A stretch of 64,000 nt of DNA from IMG/VR virus record IMGVR_UViG_3300025317_000002, positions 1 to 64,000 of that record. One strand, 5' to 3'. The position numbers and the translations under genes were made by a program. This DNA is from a virus. Within the stretch, counting starts at the first letter, position 1; each line of letters opens with the position of its first letter. The notes beneath the pieces are model-generated. The model worked only from the letters and a program-made list of their open reading frames with translations, was not told the DNA's origin and made no database searches. Of this stretch, positions 1-9,228 are shown one piece after another.

Positions 1-61
1 CCAGCCATGCGGCCTGCCTCTGCAGCTCCCAGCCCAGCCACCTCACTTCTCTTTTCTTCAT
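1..61 (-). CDS. 5' end of a hypothetical protein running off the window (MKKREVRWLGWELQRQAAWL...)
   Basis: Minus-strand GGAGGTAAAA Shine-Dalgarno directly before ATG at 61; frame open to position 1. Confidence 0.6.
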   Translation of the reverse strand, partial: MKKREVRWLGWELQRQAAWL

Positions 62-120
62 TTTTACCTCCGGGCCTTTTAGTGCCATGCCCAGGGCGTT
101 CGAATTACTAAAGGGCGCCT

Positions 121-1359
121 GGAGGGACTCGCACCCTCCGTATGCCTGGGGGCGACTTGCCCCCCCGCATACAAGCGCCTTTAGCCATGCAAGCTTATAC
201 TCCCGCATGGCTGGGGGAGTCGTTGGGGCACCGGGATATTATATATTTCCCCCCCGGCAAGGGAACTTCAAGAGAAGAAGCGGAGGGGACCTTATGCTGC
301 TAAGGCCCCTCTCCCTTTCCTCCTGTCGGCTACCCATTGCGGGCGCCTATGGCCGGGGACAACACCGGCCGGTGCTTTCCTCGAATGAGGAAGCATGGTG
401 GGGCGGGTATTCCCAGGGAGATCTCACTATCCCCCATGTCCTCTGACCCCCCCTCAAACCCCTGATTCTACTCGCTTCCAGGATAGGCCACAGACTTCTA
501 GCCTATCCCTTTCAATCAGGGCCAGCCCACAACCACGCTCTACCTAGCACGGCTAGGAGAGCGAAAGCTAAAGAAACACATATAATCCGCCTTTTCCGGA
601 CTCAGACCCACACGGGCCAACCGGCAAGGCATAGCGTTTCCTCTGTTGCCTCTCCTTTCCGAAGGGAGAGACGCAAGGAATATTAGGGAGCATTCGCCAC
701 AGCTACTTAGCGATCCGACTGATCCTAAGCCTGATGGCTTCTGGCTCCCTGGCTTGTGCCTTGATATTTACCCGTGGTCAATTTCAGCTTTCACGGGCCG
801 GCGATGCCATGATTCCATTTGTCTGGAAGCATCGCCTCTCTTGATCCCCTCGCAATGTCGGGCACTTCCGCCTATAGATATAGCTCGCGCTATATCGCAG
901 CGTCCATTAGCCGAAGGAACCATCATATGATCCCCTCGCGGCACATTCCGATCAGCAATCCTTTAGCTATGATGGTCTCCTACCATCCCAGAGCGCCCTA
1001 CATTATCAGGCACTCATCGCTTCCCCGGCAATTACGCCGTGCCCGCTACACCCCGTGACCTATGGATTACCCCCCGCACTCTTTCCCTTTTCCACTCAAT
1101 CCTATGGCCTCCTCACGCGGTATATCGATCATGAGAGGACTGCTAGCATTGCCAGAGATTGCGAGAATCACCTCGCAATCCCCCAGATCAAGCCTCAAGC
1201 TTTTATTGGTTGGTGTGGGGGGGCGAGTCTTCCACCCCTCGGGACCTTGAAAATATGACAGGTCCCCCCACACCAACAGCGGTTTTCAGGCCGCCTTTTC
1301 CCCCCTAAGAGCAGCGCGTGGGGTATCATCCCTAGCGAGGGAGCAGTCCGCTTCCTCGC
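121..1359. other. GC-rich non-coding region dense in inverted repeats
   Basis: Stems at 121-139, 148-164, 183-212, 481-508, 877-896, 1157-1180, 1209-1277 and 1335-1359; ORFs here have no recognisable protein character. Confidence 0.6.
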
Positions 1360-1626
1360 GCGCATCAGAGGAGTCCCTGGGACAACCCAGGTAAAGAGAT
1401 AGTTATTACTGGCTGGCGAGAATAGGTAATGCATAGGCCATGCCAATATGCGATATGCACATGTCGATATGGGCTAAGTTATTGAAATCATTCACGATAT
1501 TCCTATTCCTCTTCTTATTCCCATCTCCCAGGATAGAGATAGGCTACTCCCCAAAATGCCAGGTTTTTGGCACCCTAATTTTTCCATTTCGCCTGAAACG
1601 CTCCCACCTATCAGCTCCTTCCGTTT

Positions 1627-1687
1627 TGTCAATCATTTGACTACAAGTGTCAAGCAAATGTGTAGTGTTGTCAAGTAATGATTGACA
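1627..1687. promoter_or_regulatory. Phased TGTCAA boxes inside an 11-bp inverted repeat
   Basis: TGTCAA at 1627, 1648 and 1669 (21-bp period); TGTCAATCATT (1627-1637) inverted with AATGATTGACA (1677-1687). Confidence 0.5.
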
Positions 1688-1901
1688 CGCCCAATCCTGT
1701 AAGTGCTACAGAACAGCATAATCTCCATTCTAGTATCTACCCCCCCCTACATCTACTCCCCTATACGTATGACACCCTACACCTATTACCTTATCCGGAC
1801 TTTACTTTAAGGTGGTATTGCAGCACGACCCCCGCCCCACCTCAAAAAGCTGGAAGTATGTCTGACAAAATCCGAGGAAGACCTCCCAACCAATAAAACA
1901 A

Positions 1902-2020
1902 AGAAACAACAGAGATAATGAGAAACAACAGAGATAATGAGAAACAACAGAGATAATGAGAAACAACAGAGATAATGAGAAACAACAGAGATAATGAGAA
2001 ACAACAGAGATAATGAGAAA
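1902..2020 (+). repeat. Tandem repeat, 6 x 19 bp (AGAAACAACAGAGATAATG), iteron-like
   Basis: Six identical adjacent copies at 1902-2015 plus a partial AGAAA; related GATAATGAGAAATC near 2227-2240. Confidence 0.95.
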
Positions 2021-2310
2021 TCAAGGAAAGCCGGGTAATGGTTTGACCAAATCTGAGAATAACCTCCCAAGGGAGGAAGAAGATGGGGGGATAGAAGGTA
2101 GATCAATAAGGAAATCTAAATACCGACTTGATAAATCTTTTGGAGACCTATCCCAAAAAGACTGGACACGTATTCAATGAAATCCTAGGCTAGACATCCC
2201 AGACAATAAAATAAAGAATAATGAGGGATAATGAGAAATCTAGGAAAGAAAGCTAGACAAGAACAACAGGAAGTTTATGATAGTATGTCACCCAATTCAA
2301 TTGATACTAC

Positions 2311-2334
2311 TTGACAAGAAAGAATTGCTATAAT
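2311..2334 (+). promoter_or_regulatory. Putative sigma70-type promoter (extended -10)
   Basis: TGCTATAAT at 2326-2334 with TTGACA at 2311 (only 12-nt spacer); a second TGCTATAAT at 2376-2384. Confidence 0.4.
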
Positions 2335-2382
2335 AGTAAGAGGGGAGGGGGAGAAAGAGAAGGAAGAAAGGAGAATGCTATA

Positions 2383-2556
2383 ATGTCTCGAGCAAGAAAG
2401 AAGATCAGAGTAATCCAGCTCCGGATGGATGAAGAAATGTATGAACTCTTGGTTGAGGAATCTAGGATGGCTAGGCTTCCTCCTTCTACCTATGACCGCG
2501 CTGAAATAGAGAAAGTGATTCTGGAGAGTCGGAGAAAGAGAGGAAAAGAAAGATGA
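2383..2556 (+). CDS. Ribbon-helix-helix (CopG/Arc-like) DNA-binding protein
   Basis: IRVIQLRMDEEMYELLVEES...PSTY.RAEIEKVI fits the beta-helix-helix pattern; AGGAG before ATG 2383. Confidence 0.6.
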   Translation: MSRARKKIRVIQLRMDEEMYELLVEESRMARLPPSTYDRAEIEKVILESRRKRGKER

Positions 2557-3146
2557 ACGATAAGAAGGCAAAAGCAGAAAAAATGAAAGTTGTCTCAACT
2601 GTGTTCGAGAAATGTTCAGTTCGTGTAATCTTGGATAAGAATGGGAATCCTTGGTGGGTGGCAAGAGATTTAGCGGAACCATTGGACTACAAGAATATTG
2701 AGGTTCTTCTTGCTATTCGCAGAATTGGTAAATACTCTGTGATGGGAGAGAGTAACAAGTTTCTTGAGAATATGTTGAGGACTGTCCAAGTTCAGCATTC
2801 CAAAGATGTTGCAGGGAAGTTCTATGAAGCCGTGGGAAGAGAGGGGTTGCAACACTACTTTGGTAGGTCTCACCGTGCAGCTACGGGTTGTTCTTTGAGG
2901 GAGCGTCAAGCTTGGGCTAGGGGGGAAAAGCTACCTTCTAGGAAGAGGACGTCTGGTGGGGAAATTTCCAGGCACCTGATGCTAGAGACGGTTTGTGCCA
3001 TGAGTTTTGAGGATGATTTGGTGTTGGGAAACGTGAGGGAAGAGGACGCCTTGGAGATGGTTCCTGCTGCCAGGGACCTCTACAAGAGAGCAATTGGTGC
3101 GGGTTATAGGCCTCCTGAGCTTGATATGCCTTATCCTCTATCATGA
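2553..3146 (+). CDS. Bro-N family antirepressor-like protein, Bro-N apparently internally deleted
   Basis: VRVILDKNGNPWWVARDLAEPLDY (Bro-N start) joined directly to EVLLAIRRIGKYS (Bro-N end motif). Confidence 0.7.
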   Translation: MNDKKAKAEKMKVVSTVFEKCSVRVILDKNGNPWWVARDLAEPLDYKNIEVLLAIRRIGKYSVMGESNKFLENMLRTVQVQHSKDVAGKFYEAVGREGLQHYFGRSHRAATGCSLRERQAWARGEKLPSRKRTSGGEISRHLMLETVCAMSFEDDLVLGNVREEDALEMVPAARDLYKRAIGAGYRPPELDMPYPLS

Positions 3147-3367
3147 ACGAAACAGAACTCGAGAATCTGAAATATCTCATTGAGCGCACTCTGGATCTCC
3201 ATATTCTCTCAGAAGAAGGAAAAGAAGATACAGAGGAGGCAGACAGAATCCGAGACCAGATGGAGCATCCTTGGTATGCCCTCACAAAGGAATCCCAAAA
3301 TTGGCTCTCTAGATTCTCAGAGAGGCTCTATGCCTTAGCTGAGAAGAAAGGAAAGGAATTATCATGA
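3143..3367 (+). CDS. Hypothetical protein
   Basis: ATGA overlap with the upstream gene; protein-like helical composition. Confidence 0.7.
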   Translation: MNETELENLKYLIERTLDLHILSEEGKEDTEEADRIRDQMEHPWYALTKESQNWLSRFSERLYALAEKKGKELS

Positions 3368-3558
3368 GTTTCTATATCTCTTTGAGGTAGAACCGACTCC
3401 TCAAAACCCCAATTCCCTTTCGTCTCTCCATAGGAAATCTCGTTAGCATTGACAACACAACCTACAAAGTGAGAGGGATCTTCTCCTCGAAAAGAAATGA
3501 TATTGACAAGCTTATTCTTCAGGTTTCACGCCATAATTACTATTCCTTTCCTCTTTGA
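3364..3558 (+). pseudogene. Small ORF interrupted by one TAG at codon 9
   Basis: AAGGA RBS and ATGA coupling; MSFYISLR*NRLLKTPIPFRLSIGNLVSIDNTTYKVRGIF...; TAG at 3388-3390. Confidence 0.45.
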
Positions 3559-3705
3559 CCTGTGTTAGATGTCCCAATAGAATTCCCAACACCTCGATAA
3601 ATACATAAGAGGACACATCTCCCTTCAATATTCCCCTTCTCTTCTCAATTCATCTCCTTTTCCTAATAGGCTCCTTGAGTCATCTTTCATGTCCTGTGTT
3701 AAGCT

Positions 3706-4260
3706 ATGAGAGAGAAAGGTCATATTTTCATGAGAGACTCTCTCAGAGACATCATTGAAGAAGTTGTAAGAGGTCTCTCTCCAGACCAGGCAGCGATATT
3801 TATCCTGAATGAAGACAAAGATACGTCCCTTACCATGTCTCAAAGACAAGAGCACTTAACGGGGAGAGAAGAGTTAAGATTAAAGCGAGCCGAAGTCAGA
3901 CGCCAAATTGGAAGAGAAACTGGGAAGCGTCAGAAAAGACAAAGGACGCATCAGTTGCGTCTCGTAACGATTCACCAAAAGGAAAAAGAACAAACGGCAT
4001 CCGAACGAGAAGCAGCCAAGAGAGAAAAAGAAGCTGAGAAAGCCCAAAAGGCAAAAGAAAAGGCCAAGGCAAAGCCTAAACCCGAACGAGAAAAGAAACC
4101 TGAAAAACCAGGCGTAACAACCAAGAGGACAAAGACATCTTACGTCATTTCTCCTGCAGCAAAGTTAAAGACAAATATCCAAGCTCTCTCTCGGAGTCGT
4201 TCGGCAGATTATGATCCAGGGGGCGTAATTCCGCCAAGACCAAAAGCTGGAACGTCATAG
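3706..4260 (+). CDS. Basic K/R/E-rich putative internal head protein with the shared tag
   Basis: LRDIIEEVVRGLSPDQAAIFILNE followed by a low-complexity basic tail. Confidence 0.6.
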   Translation: MREKGHIFMRDSLRDIIEEVVRGLSPDQAAIFILNEDKDTSLTMSQRQEHLTGREELRLKRAEVRRQIGRETGKRQKRQRTHQLRLVTIHQKEKEQTASEREAAKREKEAEKAQKAKEKAKAKPKPEREKKPEKPGVTTKRTKTSYVISPAAKLKTNIQALSRSRSADYDPGGVIPPRPKAGTS

Positions 4261-4271
4261 GAGCCCATTAG

Positions 4272-4883
4272 ATGAAGATTCAAGCGTATGCCACTGGACA
4301 TGGAAACTACTTTCATTTTCTGGATCAGGACCAAAACGATCTTGGATACATGTCGATTGAAGAATTTATTCAAAAGGCTCCCTCTCTTGGAATCAAAGAC
4401 GTAACCAAGGCCGAGACCGCTCTTCGTGCTTTTGCCATGCAATCCTCTAAACCAGGGGTATGGCCCTTGGATATTGATACCGACTCACCCGACCTTGCAG
4501 CCAACGATTTACTTTCTACTGGCTCTGGCTCAGATGGTGCAACCGCCGTCAAGATTGCGCTTCAGAACATGCCAATTCCTTCCAGGGTGGGAGACCAATC
4601 TACTACGAAGGGGTTTGTTCCCGAGTCAAGGGAATGGACAGTATTTGATTTGATTCAAGAGGCGGCAAAAAAGAACCTCTCTCCCGACCAAGCTGCTTTC
4701 ATCCTTTTGGAACGAGAAAGTGAGGATGAAGAGAAGAAGAAATGGAAAGAGACTTACCGGAAAGCCAGGGTTGACTACAGAGTAGAGTCTGATCGGATGC
4801 GGCATGGTATGGAACCTATGCGTGTGGGAATTGAGCGGAAGAGCGCTGTGGACACAGCAAAGGCAGCATCCAGAAAACAATAA
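4272..4883 (+). CDS. Hypothetical protein with an internal copy of the shared tag
   Basis: AGGAG RBS; FDLIQEAAKKNLSPDQAAFILLE. Confidence 0.7.
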   Translation: MKIQAYATGHGNYFHFLDQDQNDLGYMSIEEFIQKAPSLGIKDVTKAETALRAFAMQSSKPGVWPLDIDTDSPDLAANDLLSTGSGSDGATAVKIALQNMPIPSRVGDQSTTKGFVPESREWTVFDLIQEAAKKNLSPDQAAFILLERESEDEEKKKWKETYRKARVDYRVESDRMRHGMEPMRVGIERKSAVDTAKAASRKQ

Positions 4884-5266
4884 TGCAAGAAGAGATAAGA
4901 CAGATGATTGAGGCAGTAGCAGAAGGTAGAGTTCTCTACAGAGATGCGGCGAGCTATCTATTGTCTCTTGGTTTTACGAAAATCCAGATGCAGCCAAGTG
5001 TTGATCTTAATCAGCTTCTCAATGCCACAAATGAATCCGAGTTCGAGAGAAAAACTCCCCTCTCCAATAAAGAACTCAAGCGTGCTATGCGAGATGTGAG
5101 AAGAGAGATTACAGTTGCCAAAACGAAGTCCTCCCCCGCAAAGTGGGGTTCTCACATCAAAGCCTGGTGGGAGAAATCCAAAGGCAATCAACCAAGTCAT
5201 CCCAAGCTTTCCAAGAAGGCCAAGCACTCGGATGATAGCGAGCTAGACATTACAAAGACGATGTAG
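4883..5266 (+). CDS. Basic putative internal head protein
   Basis: TAATG coupling; IRQMIEAVAEGRVLYRDAASYLL. Confidence 0.65.
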   Translation: MQEEIRQMIEAVAEGRVLYRDAASYLLSLGFTKIQMQPSVDLNQLLNATNESEFERKTPLSNKELKRAMRDVRREITVAKTKSSPAKWGSHIKAWWEKSKGNQPSHPKLSKKAKHSDDSELDITKTM

Positions 5267-5268
5267 CC

Positions 5269-5742
5269 ATGCCAGCTTTTATCAAGACTGCCCAGGATGA
5301 AGCACTCTGGCAAAGGGCAAAAGAGAAAGCCAAGAAATCCGGCTACTCAGAGAAAGACAAAGACAAGTTCTGGGGTGTTGTAACAACGATCTGGAAGAAG
5401 CTTCAGGAAGAGGTAAGTCAAGTGGACTTTAATTCAATGCTTGATAATATCTGGCAGGGCACTGTAAGCCCTCAGGAAGCAGCCCAAGCTCTCATCGAAG
5501 GGGGAAACAGATGGGAAGATCTGACTCTAGAGCAAAAAGCAGAGAGGCGAAGGAATAACCAAACCCAGGACAAGGATTTTTATGATTGGTGGTCTAAAGT
5601 TCCCCCTGAAAAGAGGAGGGAAGTTGAGCAGCAATTGTCCAAGCCTAAACAACCAGATTCGGAATATCAACAGAAGGCAAAAGCTTCAGAACCAAAAGCG
5701 CTACCTGTTACCCACACGAGAAAGAAAAAGGTAAGTGCATGA
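5269..5742 (+). CDS. Putative internal head protein with a ChaB-like N-terminal helical domain and the shared tag
   Basis: DEALWQRAKEKAKK...FWGVVTTIWKK; MLDNIWQGTVSPQEAAQALIEG. Confidence 0.55.
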   Translation: MPAFIKTAQDEALWQRAKEKAKKSGYSEKDKDKFWGVVTTIWKKLQEEVSQVDFNSMLDNIWQGTVSPQEAAQALIEGGNRWEDLTLEQKAERRRNNQTQDKDFYDWWSKVPPEKRREVEQQLSKPKQPDSEYQQKAKASEPKALPVTHTRKKKVSA

Positions 5743-6824
5743 ATCCCCAGATCCAAAAGCTCATTCAAGAAGTTGCTCTCGGCATGGTAGATACTGGTAA
5801 AGCTGCCAAGCTTCTTATGTCCCCTCACATGGGGGATGACTCCAGCTTTCCCAAGGTCGAGTATTACTGCTCGCAGTGTGACATGTGCTTTACCACCAAT
5901 CCAAATTCCCCAGATACCTTTGCAACGGCATGCCCCTATTGCAGGCAGTCTGGCACGATGCTTCTCCAGGATGCCAAAGCCAAAGATACCGTCGTCAAAG
6001 AATCTAAATCTTCTGCCCGAGGTTGGGCCAGAGCCAGGAAGTCCGTCCAGACTGACATTGAGCAACATAAAGGCAAAGCCTGGACAGAGGACTCTTCTCC
6101 TAAGTGGGACCCCGCGACAGGAGAGAAAGTTCCACCTGGAAAGGGATTAAAGGTCAATCGTCCCGATGAACCTCATCCTAAGAACCCACCAAAAGTCGAA
6201 ACAAAGCCTAAGCCTAAGAGTCCTGAAGGAAGCATGGCTACTATTCGCCGGAAGGGAAAAGGGAAATCGAAGGGAAAATCCGAAGTTGAGGAAGCCAAGC
6301 GTGGTACCATGCAAGCCAAGGCTCTCCGAATGAAGATGAAGGGAAGCGGAGAATCTGCCTACAAGGATTTTGGTAAAACTGGAGAAGGTTACCGGATTCA
6401 TGACGAGACGCCTGAAGAAAAGGAAAGACGCAAAGCTATGGGTGCCGAGCGTAAGAAAGGTGAGAAACAACAAGGGATCAGTTTGAAGCAATCCAGAGCT
6501 GAGCAGGAGAAGTTAAAGAGTAAAGTTGCCCAAAAGGCTCGTCAAAGCGAAGAGAAAAGAGCAGAGCGAAGTTCCAAACCTCATATTGATGTGCGTCGCA
6601 AGAATGAGAAGCCTGTTCCGGTTTTCACAAAGAAGGCTCCTCCGAGGGAAACCACTTCATTCAAAAAGGATACTTCTGAATCCTTCTTGGATGAAGCCTT
6701 GGCAGCATTTACCTCAAAGAGCTTAGCTCAGAACATGAAGACAGCACTTGGCCCTCTCCAAGCAGGACCCTTAGATGACCTCAAGGCTGTTCTTACTTCA
6801 ACGCTCTATGAGGACATCAGATGA
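5739..6824 (+). CDS. Large basic protein with Zn-ribbon and the shared N-terminal tag
   Basis: IQKLIQEVALGMVDTGKAAKLL; CSQC...CPYC; long K-rich region. Confidence 0.65.
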   Translation: MNPQIQKLIQEVALGMVDTGKAAKLLMSPHMGDDSSFPKVEYYCSQCDMCFTTNPNSPDTFATACPYCRQSGTMLLQDAKAKDTVVKESKSSARGWARARKSVQTDIEQHKGKAWTEDSSPKWDPATGEKVPPGKGLKVNRPDEPHPKNPPKVETKPKPKSPEGSMATIRRKGKGKSKGKSEVEEAKRGTMQAKALRMKMKGSGESAYKDFGKTGEGYRIHDETPEEKERRKAMGAERKKGEKQQGISLKQSRAEQEKLKSKVAQKARQSEEKRAERSSKPHIDVRRKNEKPVPVFTKKAPPRETTSFKKDTSESFLDEALAAFTSKSLAQNMKTALGPLQAGPLDDLKAVLTSTLYEDIR

Positions 6825-7573
6825 CCAGCATCCAAGTTCGCGGCCATAACTCTCTTTCTCCAATCCTCTATCAGATGATTCAGGAAGAGGTATCTGCTCA
6901 GGATGCAGCCCAATACATTCTCGAACATGGACTCTCCCCGAATCTGGATGAGGGACTAAGAGATTGGCTTTCCAAGAAAATGGTAGGTGCAGGAGAGAAA
7001 CTCCAGAAAGTAGGGGAGAAGATTAAACCCTCTCCCCCTCAAAGGCCAAACTCCTATAGCTTCATATCAAGAAATAAGCCCGGTCCCCGAGCGACGGATA
7101 TGAAGACACCTTCTCTTGATGCCATGAGATCAAGAAGCCTAGATCAGATGAAGGCAGAAAGAGACAGGGCAATCGGCAAATTCAAGCCGACTTATTCATC
7201 TTCCTATAAACCGATACCTGCAAAACCAGAATCACCTAAGGTTAATTCTTCTCCCCAAGCGAAAGATGGGGAGCAGTCTCAAAGTGCAAACGATAGACTG
7301 AGGGATCTGGCGAGGAGGCAACGGGAGAAGCAAACAGCAGAGAGAGAAAAAGACTCAAAGTTATTTACATCGATAGAAAAAGTTACTTCTGGAAAATACA
7401 AACCAGTTGTAAGTCAGAGACTTTCAAGAAAGATTTCTCAGGGCGCCAAAGAAATTCTTTCTCCCTCTATTAAAGTGGGGAGTAGTGAAGCAGTTCCGAG
7501 GACGAAAACAAGTTCAACCGCGTCAAAGAGCAAAAGCTTAAAGACGAAATCTCAAGCCACAAAGCCGGCTTAA
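6821..7573 (+). CDS. Basic S/K-rich putative internal head protein
   Basis: LYQMIQEEVSAQDAAQYILEHG...NLDEG. Confidence 0.65.
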   Translation: MTSIQVRGHNSLSPILYQMIQEEVSAQDAAQYILEHGLSPNLDEGLRDWLSKKMVGAGEKLQKVGEKIKPSPPQRPNSYSFISRNKPGPRATDMKTPSLDAMRSRSLDQMKAERDRAIGKFKPTYSSSYKPIPAKPESPKVNSSPQAKDGEQSQSANDRLRDLARRQREKQTAEREKDSKLFTSIEKVTSGKYKPVVSQRLSRKISQGAKEILSPSIKVGSSEAVPRTKTSSTASKSKSLKTKSQATKPA

Positions 7574-7582
7574 GGAAATCTA

Positions 7583-8311
7583 TTGACCGACCCAGAAACC
7601 CATATTCCTCTTGGTGAATCTCATGCGGAGCTTCAGCAGGTTCTTCTGGAGTACCTTTATCAGCAGTCTTATCCCTACCACCAGTCTCTGTATGCAACAG
7701 GTAAGACCGGTTACGATAGAGCTACATCCAGGCAAGGAGTAAGAACGGGAGCACCGGATGATCTCAAGCAGGTCCCTTTAGCCTGGGATGATGACGATCC
7801 AGACTATGCCTTTCAGCAGGCAGGTAAAGTCAAGGAAAAAGGTTACAGGTACTCTTTCGGTCATCATCTTGGAGGTTTGAAAGATCCTTCTGAGAAGATT
7901 CAGGATGTTGACGTAATTCCAGGAGCGGTCAAAGACGAGACACCTCCTGTTGAAGGAAAAAGAACTGGCACAAACAAAGAGAGAATCGGACAGAAGTTCG
8001 ACCCCAATTACAAGAGATCTCCTGAGAAACCTGGAATCAGATTGAAGCGAATTACCAAGGAGAGCACCACGACCTCTCCTAACTCCAAGCCAAATCTCGA
8101 GGAGAATCAGGCTTGGATGCTCTACCATTACTTTGGGCCCCAGTACGATGAGATGAAGGAAATGACCTCTGCTGCCTCTGTGGGGTCTTATTCGAAGCCA
8201 ATGTGGTTTTGCTCGACTCCAAATTGTGGCTACCAGGCCCCACATGGAATGTATTCCTATGAAGGGATGCTCTGCCCTTATTGCAGATCCCCCTTAGCAA
8301 AAAGAGAATGA
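7583..8311 (+). CDS. Hypothetical protein with C-terminal Zn-ribbon
   Basis: AAGGA RBS with TTG start; CSTPNC...CPYC. Confidence 0.65.
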   Translation: MTDPETHIPLGESHAELQQVLLEYLYQQSYPYHQSLYATGKTGYDRATSRQGVRTGAPDDLKQVPLAWDDDDPDYAFQQAGKVKEKGYRYSFGHHLGGLKDPSEKIQDVDVIPGAVKDETPPVEGKRTGTNKERIGQKFDPNYKRSPEKPGIRLKRITKESTTTSPNSKPNLEENQAWMLYHYFGPQYDEMKEMTSAASVGSYSKPMWFCSTPNCGYQAPHGMYSYEGMLCPYCRSPLAKRE

Positions 8312-8640
8312 ATACGCTTCACAAAAAAGATATTGAATATACGCTTCCCCAGAAACCAATAGAGGAAGCTGTAACAGTAAAACTTGGTTCCTTTGCCTCA
8401 CTAGATGAGCTTCAGGATTTGACTTACTTTGTCGTTTATTCAGACAAGGTGAGAAGAATCGAGTATGAATTTACGAGAGAAGAACTGGAAAAAGAACTCA
8501 TGGAAGAGATGAATTTCCCTAAAGACAAGGTAGACCTCATCTTGAGCTACCTCATGAACTTTAGAGAAATTCAGCTTGATGTTGCAACCAAGAGGCTTAT
8601 ACCAGTCAAAAGACGGTATGACCTTCGACTTATGAGTTAA
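8308..8640 (+). CDS. Hypothetical protein
   Basis: ATGA overlap at 8308; globular composition. Confidence 0.65.
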   Translation: MNTLHKKDIEYTLPQKPIEEAVTVKLGSFASLDELQDLTYFVVYSDKVRRIEYEFTREELEKELMEEMNFPKDKVDLILSYLMNFREIQLDVATKRLIPVKRRYDLRLMS

Positions 8641-8650
8641 GGAGATTACT

Positions 8651-9211
8651 ATGGCTTTCCCGACCGAAACTGATATGAGAACAATTGGTTGGCAGCTTGT
8701 CCAACTTCTCAAGGCTCCGCCTGCGCCCACTGTAAAGCCTGGTAGTGGCTCCAATACTACTGGTGATGGTACTGATGTTGAGGTGGGCGCCCATGTTTAT
8801 GCTTACACATGGGTAACAGCTCAAGGAGAGTCCCAACTTAGCCCAATCCATGTTGTGAGAGTGCTTGATACTACCAATGACGTAGTGCCTCTCACAGGTA
8901 TTGCTGTGGGGCCTGATGGGACGACTGCGCGTAAAGTCTATCGAACTGCAGCCGATGGCTCAGCATTCAAGCTCCTTACTACCATCAGTAACAATACAGC
9001 GACGACTTTTACGGATGATAAACCAGACACTGATCTTGGAGCAGCTCCTCTCGCTTCTCCGATTGTGCCGGATCTGGGGTATTCGACTCAGGTCAATGAT
9101 GCTTCGAGAGATGGAACGCTGCGACTTAAAAGTGCAGGTGGTACGATGATTTCTGTGAATATCACGGAGAGTGTCGTAACTGTTCGTTCCGCTCCTCCAT
9201 ATCCTAGCTAA
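8651..9211 (+). CDS. Virion surface/decoration protein with FN3-like module
   Basis: GGAG RBS; HVYAYTWV..GESQLS...GPDGTTARKVYRT...NNTATTFTD. Confidence 0.7.
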   Translation: MAFPTETDMRTIGWQLVQLLKAPPAPTVKPGSGSNTTGDGTDVEVGAHVYAYTWVTAQGESQLSPIHVVRVLDTTNDVVPLTGIAVGPDGTTARKVYRTAADGSAFKLLTTISNNTATTFTDDKPDTDLGAAPLASPIVPDLGYSTQVNDASRDGTLRLKSAGGTMISVNITESVVTVRSAPPYPS

Positions 9212-9228
9212 GCTAAAGGAGCTTTGAG

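Noticed and set aside
1902-2020. CRISPR array
   Set aside because: The 19-bp units are directly adjacent with no unique spacers, and no cas genes are in the window
87-2106. ORF-track ORFs in the left non-coding region
   Set aside because: No convincing RBS or family motifs; they overlap on both strands, and two are just translations of the tandem repeat
3596-3603. T4-type late promoter (GATAAATA)
   Set aside because: One imperfect match to TATAAATA, not seen recurring before other structural genes
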